In this document: one piece after another, positions 1 through 11,400 of the stretch
Position numbering within the stretch: position 1 is the first letter of the stretch
Layout of the letters: each line of letters opens with the position of its first letter
Origin: Mannheimia haemolytica
GTDB lineage: Bacteria > Pseudomonadota > Gammaproteobacteria > Enterobacterales > Pasteurellaceae
Direction: 5' to 3'
NCBI RefSeq assembly: GCF_004342115.1
Contig: NZ_SMAC01000010.1
Coordinates: forward strand, 14,618-46,617
Length of the DNA stretch: 32,000 nucleotides
Program-made: the position numbers and the translations under genes
Notes under the pieces: generated by a model
Databases searched by the model: none
What the model was told of the DNA's origin: nothing
The model's input: the letters and a program-made list of their open reading frames with translations, nothing else

Positions 1-254
1 AATTTTTCCCAATGTTTGCTTAATTCAGTAAAGCACTCAGTAATGCTTTCATCGGTTGCTACATCTAACGGAAGGACAATGTCTGAGCCAAATTCTTTGG
101 CAAATTCTTCAACTCGTGGTTTTAATTTATCGTTTAAGTAGGTGAATGCAAGTTCTGCACCTTGTTGCTTCATTGCGTTTGCAATACCGTAAGCGATCGA
201 ACGGTTGCTTGCTAAACCTGTCACTAAAATACGTTTACCAGTTAAGATACCCAT
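1..254 (-). CDS. fabI: Enoyl-[acyl-carrier-protein] reductase FabI, 5' part only (gene runs off the window start)
   Basis: Reverse-strand translation from the ATG at 254..252 gives [65 protein letters not shown]..., colinear with the E. coli FabI N-terminus ([28 protein letters not shown]...). It is absent from the ORF track because it is truncated by the window edge. Confidence 0.85.
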   Translation of the reverse strand, partial: MGILTGKRILVTGLASNRSIAYGIANAMKQQGAELAFTYLNDKLKPRVEEFAKEFGSDIVLPLDVATDESITECFTELSKHWEK

Positions 255-350
255 AAAAATTCCTCTTTTATATTGATTGGGGCAAAATTGTGTCGATTAT
301 AACGGATATAGGAAAAACGGGCAAATGGAGTTAGCGGCTCATCGGATCAG

Positions 351-386
351 AAATCCCTTTTTGAACGAGGTCTCAAAAAGGGATTT
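351..386 (-). terminator. Stem-loop just downstream of the fnr stop codon
   Basis: A 12-bp perfect stem, aaatcccttttt (351..362) / aaaaagggattt (375..386), with a 12-nt loop. The only U-tract lies inside the stem, so termination efficiency is uncertain. Confidence 0.45.
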
Positions 387-397
387 GGTAAGATAAA

Positions 398-1171
398 TTA
401 AGCGGTAGTTTGAGCAATAATATTTTGCTGCGGTTTGATTGCCCCGGCTAATTTGGCTAATTCTTCCATACGGTTAATAATAATATATTTTCCTTGTACT
501 GAAATCATACCGCTTTTTTGGAAACGCCCTAATAAACGGCTGATAGTTTCAATGGTTAAACCAAGATAATTGCCGATATCTCCACGGGTCATAGTTAGAC
601 GGAACTCTTTTACAGAGAAACCACGGGCTGAGTAACGTTGGGAAAGATTATACAAAAATGCAGCTAGTTTTTCTTCCGCATTCATTTTTGAGAGCAATAG
701 AATCATTTCTTGATCGCTTTTAATTTCATTACTCATCAAACGCATAATTTGATGGCGAATTTTTGGCATTTTGCCGGCAAGATCATCTAAAATATCGAAT
801 GGAATCTCACAAATCATTGAGGTTTCGAGTGCTTGAGCATAGCTTTCGTGCTGCATATTGGTAATTGCATCAAAGCCAATCAGATCGCCAGGTAAATGGA
901 AACCGGTAATTTGCTCTTCACCACTTTCACTTAAGGTATAGGCTTTTAATGTCCCAGAACGGATAGCATAAAGCGAACGCAGTTCATCACCTGACTTAAA
1001 AATAACTTGCGATTTTTGAATCGGTTTTTTACGCTCAATAATATTATCTAGTTGAGTTAATTCCGTTTCATTAAGAGTAAAAGGTAAGCATAGTTGGCTA
1101 ATACTGCAATTTTGACAATGAATTGTGCAAGTATGACGTCCGCTTGTTTTAGGTTCTGATACAATTTTCAT
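398..1171 (-). CDS. fnr: FNR-family oxygen-sensing transcriptional regulator (Fnr; HlyX in Actinobacillus)
   Basis: 257 aa. It has an N-terminal Cys cluster (C-x-I-H-C-x2-C...C) for the [4Fe-4S] centre, a cNMP-like beta-roll and a C-terminal HTH ending [14 protein letters not shown], which is diagnostic of FNR. Confidence 0.95.
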   Translation of the reverse strand: MKIVSEPKTSGRHTCTIHCQNCSISQLCLPFTLNETELTQLDNIIERKKPIQKSQVIFKSGDELRSLYAIRSGTLKAYTLSESGEEQITGFHLPGDLIGFDAITNMQHESYAQALETSMICEIPFDILDDLAGKMPKIRHQIMRLMSNEIKSDQEMILLLSKMNAEEKLAAFLYNLSQRYSARGFSVKEFRLTMTRGDIGNYLGLTIETISRLLGRFQKSGMISVQGKYIIINRMEELAKLAGAIKPQQNIIAQTTA

Positions 1172-1206
1172 CCATTCAACCTTAAATTAGAAAAGTATTC
1201 CTAAAT

Positions 1207-1220
1207 TTGATTTAGAACAA
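1207..1220. promoter_or_regulatory. Candidate FNR box (TTGAT-N4-AACAA) upstream of fnr
   Basis: The sequence 'ttgatttagaacaa' matches 9 of 10 positions of the FNR consensus TTGAT-N4-ATCAA. It lies 36-49 nt upstream of the fnr start codon, and fnr autoregulation is known in E. coli. Confidence 0.4.
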
Positions 1221-1401
1221 AGTTTACCATTAAATTTACATGAAGCAAAGTATACCAAGGAAAAATAAAAATACTTACAAAGAGGTATGAAAAATATAAT
1301 CAAATTTTTATTTTTGAGATCTACTTCAAGTTTTTATCAAAAAGAGTGTGTTAGTATGTTTATACACAAAGTAAACAACTCTCACAAGCAAGGAGCATAT
1401 T

Positions 1402-1827
1402 ATGTATAAACATATCTTAGTTGCAGTGGATCTTTCTGAAGAAAGTCTTGTTTTAGTGCGTAAGGGGGCTGCGTTAGCAGAAAAATGCGGAGCTAAACTT
1501 TCCCTCATTCACGTTGATGTTAATTTTTCGGATCTCTATACAGGATTAATTGATATTAATATGTCTTCGGTACAAGACAGTGTTGTTGAAGAAACAAATA
1601 CGGCACTGGCTGAACTTGCCTCAAAAGTAAATTATCCTGTATCTGAATGTTTAAACGGAACGGGAGATTTTAGTCAAGTTTTGGAAGAGGCCGTAGAAAA
1701 ACACAATGTCGATTTACTCATCACTGGCCATCATCAGGACTTCTGGAGTAAATTTATGTCTTCAACTCGTCAAGTCATGAATAATATCACTGTTGATATG
1801 CTGGTTGTGCCATTAGCAGATGAATAG
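1402..1827 (+). CDS. uspA: Universal stress protein A
   Basis: 141 aa. MYKHILVAVDLSEES...LIHVDVNFSDLYTGLIDINM...GHHQDFWSKFMSSTRQVMNNITVDMLVVPL is colinear with E. coli UspA. An SD 'aaggag' lies 7 nt upstream. Confidence 0.9.
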   Translation: MYKHILVAVDLSEESLVLVRKGAALAEKCGAKLSLIHVDVNFSDLYTGLIDINMSSVQDSVVEETNTALAELASKVNYPVSECLNGTGDFSQVLEEAVEKHNVDLLITGHHQDFWSKFMSSTRQVMNNITVDMLVVPLADE

Positions 1828-1845
1828 CAAGAAAATGAATGAAAA

Positions 1846-1892
1846 ATAACCGCTTGAGACAGTTTATCTGTCTTACAAGCGGTTATTTTTTT
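1846..1892 (+). terminator. Rho-independent terminator of uspA built from an inverted USS pair
   Basis: ataaccgcttgagacag (1846..1862) pairs with ctgtct-ta-caagcggttat (1868..1886). The loop is tttat and the hairpin is followed by tttttt. Confidence 0.8.
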
Positions 1893-2021
1893 GGGAAAAT
1901 TTACAAAAATTATTTAATTGAAAAAATAAGTAGCATATAGCTCCCCCAATAGCATAAAAAATGTGTAAAATAGCAAGATAACTAAATGTTTAACTTCTAT
2001 TTACAAAAAGAGTGATTTTTA

Positions 2022-4649
2022 ATGAAAACAACTTCAGATATCAGACAATCTTTTCTAGAGTTTTTCCAAACTAAAGGACATACGATTGTTCCAAGCAGCT
2101 CTCTTGTTCCCGAGAATGATCCGACATTATTATTTACCAATGCGGGCATGAACCAATTCAAAGATGTTTTTCTTGGGTTAGAAAAACGCCCTTATAGCAG
2201 AGCGACTACGGCACAACGTTGTGTACGTGCAGGTGGTAAACACAATGATTTAGAAAACGTAGGTTATACCGCTCGCCATCATACTTTTTTTGAAATGATG
2301 GGGAATTTCAGCTTTGGTGATTACTTCAAGCAAGATGCAATCAAATTCGGTTGGGAGTTTTTAACTTCTCCACAATGGCTTGGCTTACCAAAAGAAAAAT
2401 TATATGTAACTGTGTATGAAACTGATGATGAAGCCTACGATATTTGGCATAAAGAAGTAGGTGTACCATCGGAACATATTATTCGCATTGGCGATAATAA
2501 AGGCGCACCTTATGCTTCAGATAACTTCTGGGCGATGGGCGATACCGGCCCTTGTGGCCCTTGTACCGAGATTTTCTATGATCACGGGCCTGAACATTGG
2601 GGTGGCTTACCGGGTAGCCCAGAAGAAGATGGCGACCGCTATATTGAGGTATGGAATATTGTATTTATGCAGTTCAATCGTTTAGCAGACGGTACGATGG
2701 AAAAACTGCCTAAGCCTTCTGTAGATACAGGGATGGGGTTAGAACGTATGACTGCGGTAATGCAACACGTAAACTCCAACTACGAAACGGATATTTTCCA
2801 AACTTTAATTAAAGAAGTCGCTACTTTGCTTAATGTGAAAGATTTAGATAATAAATCTTTACGTGTAGTGGCAGACCATATTCGTGCTTGTTCCTATCTG
2901 ATTGCCGATGGTGTTTTACCTTCAAATGAAGGAAGAGGCTATGTATTACGCCGTATTATCCGCCGTGCGGTTCGTCACGGTAATATTTTGGGTACAAAAG
3001 AAGCCTTTTTCTATAAATTGGTGCCAACACTTGCAACGGTAATGGGGCAAGCTGGTGAGGTGCTGACCCAAAAACAAGCGCATATTCAAAAGACACTCAA
3101 AGCAGAAGAAGAGCAATTTGCCCGTACTCTTGAGCGTGGATTGAATTTATTAGAAGAAGCATTAGCGAAGGTTGAAAATAACACCTTATCTGGCGAAGTT
3201 GCGTTCAAACTTTATGATACTTATGGCTTCCCGTTAGATTTAACCGCAGATGTTTGCCGTGAACGTGATATTAAAATTGACGAAGACGGCTTCAATGCAG
3301 AAATGACCGCACAACGTGAGCGTGCGAAAGCCAGCAGTAGCTTTGGCACAGATTATAACAATGTGATTAAAGTGGACAGTAAAACATGCTTTAGTGGATA
3401 TACTGAAACCAGCTTAAATGATGCTACTGTAATTGGGTTATTTAGTAATGGAAAATCGGTTGAGTCTATTCAATCGGGTGAAAATGCGGTAGTGATTTTA
3501 GATAAAACCCCATTCTATGCAGAAATGGGCGGACAAGTGGGAGATAGCGGTCAAATTTCCGCAGAAATTTGCAATTTTGAGGTAGTAGATACGCAAAAAT
3601 ATGGTCAAGTATTCGGGCATATTGGGCAATTAACTTCCGGCTCACTTTCTGTTGGCGACAAAGTTAATACGATCGTAGATAGAGAGCGTCGTCATGCTAT
3701 TACATTAAACCACAGTGCTACCCACTTACTGCATTCTGCGTTACGCCAAGTGCTAGGCGACCACGTTGCTCAAAAAGGCTCATTAGTGTCAGAAAATATT
3801 TTACGTTTTGATATTTCTCAGCCGGAAGCAATTACTAAATCACAACTTGAAGAAGTTGAACGTATCGTGAATGCTAAAGTGCGTGAAAATATTCAGGTAA
3901 TCATTGAAGAAATGGATATTGAATCTGCAAAAGCGAAAGGTGCAATGGCGTTATTTGGTGAAAAATATGGCGAAGTAGTGCGTGTAGTGGAAATGTCAGA
4001 TTTCTCGATTGAACTTTGTGGCGGCACACACGTTAAACAAACCGGTGATATTGGCTTATTCAAAATTACCTCTGAAGGTGCGGTAGCAGCAGGTGTACGC
4101 CGTATAGAGGCTGTCACTGGTGAAAATGCGATTGCTTGGTTGCATACCTTACAACAAGCCGTTCAACAAAGTGCTGAATTGTTAAAAGCAGACAGTCATT
4201 CATTCGTTGAGAAAATTGTTCAATTACAAGAGAAGGCTAAACGTACAGAAAAAGAGCTTCAACAGCTAAAAGATAAACTTGCAGCACAAGCAGGTTCAGA
4301 TTTAGCCAAACAAGCTACCCAAATCAATGGCGTGAATGTAGTGATTCAACAATTAGAGAATGTTGAACCAAAAGCATTGAGAACGATGGTTGATGACCTA
4401 AAAAATCAATTAGGCAGTGCAGTTGTTGTATTTGCGACTACGGCGGAAGATAAAGTCAATTTGATTGTAGGTGTGACCAAAGATTTAACCGATAAAGTCA
4501 ATGCTGGTCAATTAGTTGGTGCAATGGCTGAAAAAGTGGGAGGTAAAGGGGGCGGACGTCCTGATATGGCAATGGCCGGAGGCTCAGAACCACAACATTT
4601 ATTGCAGGCATTGTCACTTGCTCAAGAATGGATTACAGCAAAACTTTAA
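2022..4649 (+). CDS. alaS: Alanine--tRNA ligase
   Basis: 875 aa. It has class II AlaRS motifs ([27 protein letters not shown]), an editing domain with HxxxH/CGGTHV, and a C-terminal DHHA1-like region. The length matches E. coli AlaRS. Confidence 0.97.
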   Translation: MKTTSDIRQSFLEFFQTKGHTIVPSSSLVPENDPTLLFTNAGMNQFKDVFLGLEKRPYSRATTAQRCVRAGGKHNDLENVGYTARHHTFFEMMGNFSFGDYFKQDAIKFGWEFLTSPQWLGLPKEKLYVTVYETDDEAYDIWHKEVGVPSEHIIRIGDNKGAPYASDNFWAMGDTGPCGPCTEIFYDHGPEHWGGLPGSPEEDGDRYIEVWNIVFMQFNRLADGTMEKLPKPSVDTGMGLERMTAVMQHVNSNYETDIFQTLIKEVATLLNVKDLDNKSLRVVADHIRACSYLIADGVLPSNEGRGYVLRRIIRRAVRHGNILGTKEAFFYKLVPTLATVMGQAGEVLTQKQAHIQKTLKAEEEQFARTLERGLNLLEEALAKVENNTLSGEVAFKLYDTYGFPLDLTADVCRERDIKIDEDGFNAEMTAQRERAKASSSFGTDYNNVIKVDSKTCFSGYTETSLNDATVIGLFSNGKSVESIQSGENAVVILDKTPFYAEMGGQVGDSGQISAEICNFEVVDTQKYGQVFGHIGQLTSGSLSVGDKVNTIVDRERRHAITLNHSATHLLHSALRQVLGDHVAQKGSLVSENILRFDISQPEAITKSQLEEVERIVNAKVRENIQVIIEEMDIESAKAKGAMALFGEKYGEVVRVVEMSDFSIELCGGTHVKQTGDIGLFKITSEGAVAAGVRRIEAVTGENAIAWLHTLQQAVQQSAELLKADSHSFVEKIVQLQEKAKRTEKELQQLKDKLAAQAGSDLAKQATQINGVNVVIQQLENVEPKALRTMVDDLKNQLGSAVVVFATTAEDKVNLIVGVTKDLTDKVNAGQLVGAMAEKVGGKGGGRPDMAMAGGSEPQHLLQALSLAQEWITAKL

Positions 4650-4659
4650 AAATAATAAC

Positions 4660-4680
4660 AAGGCGAGCTGAACTCGCCTT
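4660..4680 (+). terminator. Hairpin after alaS
   Basis: aaggcgag (4660..4667) / ctcgcctt (4673..4680) with loop ctgaa. The downstream T-tract is weak (ttaaaacttt). Confidence 0.5.
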
Positions 4681-4738
4681 TAAAACTTTACTCTATATTT
4701 AAGTATTTATAGAGTTTTTCACTTTTTAGGAGACAATT

Positions 4739-4924
4739 ATGCTTATTCTAACTCGTAAGATTGGGGAAGTTTTACTCGTAGGAGATGATGTTGAGATTAC
4801 GGTACTCAGCATCCGAGGAAATCAAGTTAAATTAGGTGTGAATGCACCAAAAGAAATCTCTGTACACCGCCGAGAGATTTATGAAAGAATAAAAGCCTCA
4901 GTAGAAGAGGAAAATGCGGAATAA
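4739..4924 (+). CDS. csrA: Carbon storage regulator CsrA (RNA-binding global regulator)
   Basis: 61 aa. [48 protein letters not shown] is the canonical CsrA sequence. alaS-csrA synteny matches the Enterobacteriaceae arrangement, and an SD 'aggag' is present. Confidence 0.95.
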   Translation: MLILTRKIGEVLLVGDDVEITVLSIRGNQVKLGVNAPKEISVHRREIYERIKASVEEENAE

Positions 4925-4990
4925 GCATTTTAACTGTAAAGCTGCTAGATGATAACAGCGAAGCAGGCAATGCAAAATTTTCTGAAAATT

Positions 4991-5000
4991 GACCGCTTGT
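4991..5000 (-). repeat. Apl-type uptake signal sequence (perfect 10-mer)
   Basis: gaccgcttgt is the reverse complement of ACAAGCGGTC. Confidence 0.85.
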
Positions 5001-5020
5001 TATGTCTAAGCGGTTTATTT
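4991..5020 (+). terminator. csrA terminator formed by a USS plus a partial inverted USS
   Basis: gaccgctt (4991..4998) pairs with aagcggtt (5008..5015). The loop is 9 nt and 'tattt' follows. Confidence 0.6.
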
Positions 5021-5059
5021 CAGTTATATCTAATATGTTAAGTCATCAAAGGATTCCAA

Positions 5060-5947
5060 ATGAAAGTCATTATTCCTGTTGCTGGATTGGGAACGCGCAT
5101 GTTACCCGCAACCAAAGCTATTCCAAAAGAAATGCTTACCCTTGCAGATAAACCTCTTATTCAATACATTGTAAATGAATGTGTGGCTGCAGGTTTTAAA
5201 GAAATTGTATTGGTTACTCACTCTTCAAAGAATGCTATCGAAAACCATTTTGATACCTCTTTTGAATTGGAAACGATGCTGGAGAAACGAGTAAAACGTC
5301 AATTATTAGATGATGTACGTTCTATTGTACCAAAAGATGTTACCTTAATTCACGTTCGCCAAGGGCAAGCCAAAGGTTTAGGTCATGCGGTTCTATGTGG
5401 ACGAACAGTGGTTGGCGATGAACCGTTTGCGGTTGTATTACCAGATGTATTACTTGGTGAATTTACAGCAAACCAAAAAACGGAAAATTTAGCTGCGATG
5501 GTGAAGCGTTTCCAAGAAACCGGATATAGCCAAATTATGGTTGCGCCGGTTCCAATGGAAAATGTAAGTAGCTATGGGGTTGCTGACTGCCATGGTGTAG
5601 ATATCCCTCTCGGGGGGGCAGCGCCTATTGCGAAAATGGTTGAAAAACCAAGTATTGAAGAGGCGCCTTCTAATTTAGCGGTAGTAGGACGTTATGTATT
5701 TTCCTCAAATATTTGGAATTTATTAGAAAAAACGCCAGTAGGCGTAGGTGATGAAATCCAGCTGACGGATGCAATTGATATGTTGATTCACCAAGAAACG
5801 GTTGAAGCTTTTCATATGACAGGGCGCTCATTTGATTGTGGTGATAAAGTCGGCTATATGAAAGCATTTGTAGAATATAGTTTAAATCATGACAAATGCG
5901 GAAAAGAATTTAAAGCATTTATTAAAGAGTTAGCTAAATCACTCTAA
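5060..5947 (+). CDS. galU: UTP--glucose-1-phosphate uridylyltransferase
   Basis: 295 aa. [35 protein letters not shown]...VEKP...IQLTDAI is colinear with E. coli GalU. Confidence 0.95.
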   Translation: MKVIIPVAGLGTRMLPATKAIPKEMLTLADKPLIQYIVNECVAAGFKEIVLVTHSSKNAIENHFDTSFELETMLEKRVKRQLLDDVRSIVPKDVTLIHVRQGQAKGLGHAVLCGRTVVGDEPFAVVLPDVLLGEFTANQKTENLAAMVKRFQETGYSQIMVAPVPMENVSSYGVADCHGVDIPLGGAAPIAKMVEKPSIEEAPSNLAVVGRYVFSSNIWNLLEKTPVGVGDEIQLTDAIDMLIHQETVEAFHMTGRSFDCGDKVGYMKAFVEYSLNHDKCGKEFKAFIKELAKSL

Positions 5948-6204
5948 GCCTTAGAGTTTAGACTATGATCTAAGGTCTGATATTCTATTGGATCCAGTCC
6001 TTTCTATTTATGGTATCATAAATTAGCGTAGTGATAATAAATTTTCGGATTCATTTACCTTTAAAATACTTTTTGCAAAAAATCACCCATATTTGACCGC
6101 TTATATTGTTCATTTCTCTTGTCTGCGTTTTATCCATTCCCATTTTGATTACATTCAGTTACAATAAATACCATTTTTGTATAGAAATTAAAGATTAAGC
6201 CCGT

Positions 6205-7548
6205 ATGCAGAACGAATTGGCACAGACTATTCCAGAACTCATCTCTTGGACGAAAGATCGTGAATTTTCACTTTCGCTTTCTTCCGACCGCTTAGCGTTT
6301 CTACTTGCTATCTCTATTTATAACCAAGAACAGACAGATGGTGAATTGTTAGAAAGTGATCTTATTGATCTTTTCCGTTATGTTTCAAATTCGTTTGAGC
6401 AATCTGATGCCACTTTTACCCAGCGTGCCAATAATGCGATTAATGATTTAGTCAGACAACGGTTGTTAAACCGTTTTAGTAGCGAATTTACGGAAGGTTT
6501 GGCGATTTATCGTGTTACGCCGTTAGGGGTGGGAATTTCAAATTATTACGTTCGCCAGCGGGAATTTTCTACCCTGCGTTTATCGATTCAACTTTCGATT
6601 GTGGCAGATGAAATTCAGCGAGCTTCAGTAGCAGCGGAAGAGGGAATAGAGCAGGCACAAGATGAACGTTTTTGGCGAAATAATGTGTTTGCCCCATTGA
6701 AATATTCGGTGGCCGAAATCTTTGACAGCATCGATCTTTCACAACGGATTATGGACGAAAATCAGCACCAAATCCGTGAACGAATAGCCGAACTGCTTAG
6801 CCAAAACTGGCACGAAGCAATTATGAGTTGTGAGCAATTGTTAGACGAAACCTCGGGGAATTTGCGTGAGTTGCAAGATACCTTAAATGCCGCTGGTGAT
6901 AAACTGCAAGCTCAATTATTGCGGATTCAAAGTTGCCTGATGGCTCGTAATGATTTGGATTTTATCGATCAGCTGATTGTGAATCTACAAAATAAGTTAG
7001 ACCGTATTATCAGCTGGGGACAACAAGCTATCGATCTTTGGATCGGCTATGACCGCCATGTGCATAAATTTATTCGTACAGCGATTGATATGGACAAAAA
7101 CCGTGTATTCGGGCAACGGTTACGCCAATCGATTCAAGATTATTACAACAGCCCTTGGTTGCTTTATACTGCAAAAGCCGATTCGTTACTGGACTTGCGT
7201 GATGATGAAGCAATGTTAAATGAGGCAGAATCGGTGGGCGAGTTGCCAAGTGAGTTAGAGTATGAGTCGCTTTCAGATGTGCAAGAGCAAATTGTTTCGG
7301 CAATGCAAGCTCATTTAGCGCCGTTCCGTGCTGAAGGTAAACCGATAGATTTAGGCGTTATCTTGCGTGAACAGCTTGCCCGATTCCCGGAATCCCGCCA
7401 TTTTGACGTGGCTCGTATTATTGTCGATCAAGCTGTTAAGTTAGGTATGGCAAGCCAAGATAGCCAAGCCGTTTACCCACAATGGCAGCCGATTAACGAG
7501 CAAGGGGCGGAAGTGCAGGCGAATGTTATCGACCAATACAATAAATAA
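6205..7548 (+). CDS. mukF: Chromosome partition protein MukF (kleisin of the MukBEF condensin)
   Basis: 447 aa, colinear with E. coli MukF (e.g. [55 protein letters not shown]). Confidence 0.95.
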   Translation: MQNELAQTIPELISWTKDREFSLSLSSDRLAFLLAISIYNQEQTDGELLESDLIDLFRYVSNSFEQSDATFTQRANNAINDLVRQRLLNRFSSEFTEGLAIYRVTPLGVGISNYYVRQREFSTLRLSIQLSIVADEIQRASVAAEEGIEQAQDERFWRNNVFAPLKYSVAEIFDSIDLSQRIMDENQHQIRERIAELLSQNWHEAIMSCEQLLDETSGNLRELQDTLNAAGDKLQAQLLRIQSCLMARNDLDFIDQLIVNLQNKLDRIISWGQQAIDLWIGYDRHVHKFIRTAIDMDKNRVFGQRLRQSIQDYYNSPWLLYTAKADSLLDLRDDEAMLNEAESVGELPSELEYESLSDVQEQIVSAMQAHLAPFRAEGKPIDLGVILREQLARFPESRHFDVARIIVDQAVKLGMASQDSQAVYPQWQPINEQGAEVQANVIDQYNK

Positions 7549-7557
7549 CAAGCGGTC
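7548..7557 (+). repeat. Apl-type uptake signal sequence (perfect 10-mer)
   Basis: acaagcggtc lies in the mukF-mukE spacer, followed by gttttt. Confidence 0.85.
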
Positions 7558-7590
7558 GTTTTTACCCAGAATTTTGCAAAATTGAAGAGA

Positions 7591-8313
7591 ATGACAATGA
7601 CAGAGAATATCCAAGATTTCATTTCCCCGAAACTGGCACTTGCGATTGCCAACCCGATTTTTCCGGAGCTAGACAGCCAATTACGAGCCGGTCGCCATAT
7701 CAATACCGAGCAGCTTGACCAACACGTCTTTTTGATGGATTTTCAAGCGGAACTAGAGAGTTTTTACCGCCGTTATCACGTTGAGTTGATTCGAGCACCG
7801 GAAGGCTTTTTCTACCTACGCCCGAAAGCCTCGACACTAATTGCCCGTTCGGCAATGTCAGAAATGGAAATGTTAGTGGGTAAGGTGTTGTGCTACCTCT
7901 ATTTAAGTCCGGAACGTTTGGCTCAGCAGGGGATTTTCAGCCAAGATGATGTGTATGAAGAATTACTCAGTCTTGCCGATGAAAGCAAATTATTAAAAGC
8001 GGTAAACCCACGTTCGACCGGTTCCGATTTAGACCGTGCCAAGCTGGCAGAAAAAGTCGGCGGAGCGTTACGCAGATTAGCCCGTATCGGCATTATTACC
8101 CGAGTAGGCGAGCAAAACAGCAAAAAATTTGTGATTTCAGAATCGGTCTTCCGTTTTGGGGCTGATGTGCGTACCGGTGATGACCCAAGAGAGGCACAGC
8201 TTCGCTTAATTCGTGATGGTGAAGCGACAACCCCTGCGTTGTTAAACGAACAAGCGGTTGAAATAGATGAAAATATTGCAGATGAAGCCCCCTTTGACGG
8301 AGAAAATGAGTGA
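7591..8313 (+). CDS. mukE: Chromosome partition protein MukE
   Basis: Colinear with E. coli MukE ([59 protein letters not shown]). The track ORF opens at a TTG (7582). I place the start at the first ATG (7591); the ATG at 7597 has better SD spacing (gaagag) and is equally possible. Confidence 0.9.
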   Translation: MTMTENIQDFISPKLALAIANPIFPELDSQLRAGRHINTEQLDQHVFLMDFQAELESFYRRYHVELIRAPEGFFYLRPKASTLIARSAMSEMEMLVGKVLCYLYLSPERLAQQGIFSQDDVYEELLSLADESKLLKAVNPRSTGSDLDRAKLAEKVGGALRRLARIGIITRVGEQNSKKFVISESVFRFGADVRTGDDPREAQLRLIRDGEATTPALLNEQAVEIDENIADEAPFDGENE

Positions 8314-8349
8314 TTTCATTCGAATAGATTCAGCATTTAATGAGTCTGC

Positions 8350-8468
8350 CCTAGACACGGTAAAGCCGAACTAGGTTAAGCATAAAGCAGCCCTCCAAGG
8401 CTGAGGTTGCGATTAGAGTAGCGGAGCTACTCACCTATACCTAACCTAGTACGCTTTAGCGTGCTAGG
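8350..8468. repeat. Imperfect palindromic, multi-hairpin intergenic element in the mukE-mukB spacer (MITE/REP-like element or structured RNA)
   Basis: The left arm is 8350..8380, cctagacacggtaaagccgaactaggttaag. The reverse complement of the right arm (8440..8468) is cctagcacgctaaagcgtactaggttagg, identical at about 25 of 31 positions. The core carries hairpins cagcc/ggctg (8388..8403) and gagtagc/gctactc (8416..8432). No ORF is present. Confidence 0.6.
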
Positions 8469-8488
8469 ACAATTAGTGAGAAAACATA

Positions 8489-11400
8489 ATGATTGATACC
8501 ACAGAATTGCAAAATAATCCTCAAATTGCACCGCTTGCACGCCCGAATGATGTACAACGCGGTAAATTTCTCTCTTTAACGCTGATTAACTGGAACGGTT
8601 TTTTTGCTCGAACCTTTGATTTAGATGACTTAGTGACCACGCTTTCAGGCGGTAACGGGGCAGGTAAGTCTACCACAATGGCAGGGTTTGTGACCGTCTT
8701 GATCCCAGATTTAACCTTGCTTAATTTCCGTAATACGACTGAAGCAGGCTCAACCGCCGGTTCTCGTGATAAAGGCTTATACGGTAAGTTAAAAGCGGGT
8801 GTTTGCTATGCGGTGTTAGAGTCATTCAATTCCCGTGGGCAACGGATTATTACCGGCGTGCGTTTGCAACAAATTGTCGGACGGGATAAAAAAGTCGATA
8901 TTCGTTCGTTCTCGCTCCAGAATATTCCTCAAGAGCAAAGCATTATCAGCCTACTGACCGAACAAGTGGGGAATAAGGCTCGAGTGCTGGCGTTAAATGA
9001 ACTCAAAGATCAATTTGAGAACAGCGAAGTCCAATTCAAACAGTACCATTCGATTACTGATTACCACAGTTTTATGTTCGATTTGGGCGTAATCCCAAAA
9101 CGCCTTCGTTCGGCAGCCGACCGTAGCAAATTCTACAAATTAATCGAAGCCTCGCTTTATGGTGGTATTTCAAGTGTGATCACCAAATCCTTGCGTGATT
9201 ACTTGTTGCCGGAAAATACGGGCGTTCGCCAAGCGTTCCAAGATATGGAATCCGCTCTGCGTGAAAACCGTATGACCTTAGAGGCGATTAAGGTCACGCA
9301 ATCGGATCGGGATATGTTCAAACGCTTAATTACCGAATCGACCAATTATGTGTCGGCGGATTATATGCGTAATGCGAATGAACGCCGTGGCAATGTACAA
9401 CAAGCCTTAGAGCAACGCAAAGAGTGGTATGCGGCAAAATCCAAAATTTTGCTCGAACAGCAACGCTTTGTGGAATTTAGCCGTGAAAGTGCGGATATTG
9501 CCGAAGCAGAGCAGGCGTTAGAGGCGGATTACAATAGTGCGAACGATCATCTAAATTTAGTGATGAATGCGTTACGCCACCAAGAGAAAATCGAACGCTA
9601 CCAAGACGAAGTTGAAGAGCTGAATATTAAGCTGGAAGAACAGCAAGAGGCATTGGAAGAAATTGCGGAAATTGCCGAAAATGCTCAGGCTCGTGCGGAT
9701 GAGGCAGATGATTACGTTGAAGAATTGCGTTCTCAAATGGCGGATTACCAACAAGCCTTAGATGCACAGCAAACTCGTGCATTGCAATACCAACAAGCGG
9801 TGAATGCGTTAGAAAAAGCCAAACAGCTAACCGGCTTAGTGAATTTAGATTTAAATAATATTGAAGATTACCACGCAGAATTTGTGGCTCAAGCCGAAGA
9901 TCTTACCGATCAAGTATTTGAGCTGGAACAACGTTTAAGCGTGTCGGATATGGCGAAAACCCAATTTGAAAAAGCGTTTGAATCGGTTTGCAAAATTTCC
10001 GGTGAAATTGACCGCTTGCAAGCGTGGGAAGAGGCTCGTGCGTTACTTTCTGCCTTCCCTGAGCAAAAAATGCAAGCTCAGCAAGCGGTGAGTTTACGTC
10101 AAAAACTCAACGATTTAGAACAGCGTTTGCAACAACAGCAAAATGCCCAGCGTTTAGTGGCGGAATTTAACCAAAAATCGCAACAACAACTCAATTCAGC
10201 GGAAGAATTAGACGCCTATTTTGAAGAGCAGCAAGCTCGCCTAGAAGATTTAGAGGCAGAGCTTTCGGACTTTGTAGAACAACGTTCAACCCAACGCCAA
10301 CAACGTGAACAGCTTAATCAACAATATCAGCAATTAGCGAAGAATGCACCGGCTTGGCATACGGCACAATCGGCTCTGACTCGTTTAGAAGAGCAATGTG
10401 GCGAGAAGTTTGAAGCCAGCCAATCAGTGATGCAGTTTATGCAAAATATGCTGAGCAAAGAGCGTGAAGCCACCCTTGCTCGTGATGAATTGGCTCGTAA
10501 AGAACAACTGCTTGATGAGCAAATTAATCGCTTAAGCCAGCCGGACGGCTCGGAAGACGCCCGCTTAAACCAGTTGGCAGAACGTTTTGGTGGAGTGTTA
10601 CTCTCTGAGTTATATGATGATGTATCAATTGAAGATGCGCCTTATTTCTCCGCCTTATACGGCGAGGCTCGCCACGCTATTGTAGTGCGTGATTTAGAGG
10701 CGGTTAAAACACAGCTAGAGAAATTAGACGATTGCCCAAGTGATCTTTATTTAATTGAAGGTGATCCGTCCGCCTTTGACGATGCGGTATTTAGTGCCGA
10801 GGAATTAGGCGAAGGCGTGGTGGTGAAAGTCTCCGATCGCCAATGGCGTTATTCTAAATTCCCTGAAGTGCCGTTATTCGGACGTGCTGCTCGTGAAAAA
10901 CATTTAGCGACTTTAAAAGCAGAGCGTGATGAAACCGCAGAAAAACACGCTGAACGTGCCTTTGATGTGCAGAAATGCCAGCGTTTACATCAACACTTAA
11001 GCCAATTTATCGGCACGCACTTAAATTTAGCGTTCCAAGAAAACCCTGAAATGTTAATGCAAGAGATTGCGGCAGAACGGGCAGAAATTGAACGTGAATT
11101 GGCACAATCAGCCGGTAACGAACAGCAATTACGTCACCAATTAGAAAGCGTAAAAGCCCAGTTGCAAATGTTGAATAAAATTCTACCGCTTGCGAATTTA
11201 TTAGCCGATGAAACGCTGGAAGCACGAGCGGAGGAATGTCGTGAGCAATTAGAATTGGCAGAAGAAGATGAAATGTTTATCCGCCAATTTGGAGCAACAT
11301 TAAGCCAACTTGAGCCGATTGCAGCCGCATTAAAAAGTGATCCGGCTTTATTTGAACAGTTGGAAGCCGATTACCGCCGTTCAGTTGCCGAGCAAAAAGT

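Noticed and set aside
1326-1508. 60-aa minus-strand ORF overlapping the uspA start
   Set aside because: It is antisense to the uspA 5' end and its promoter, has no SD and no recognisable features, and sits at the minimum length for the ORF track.
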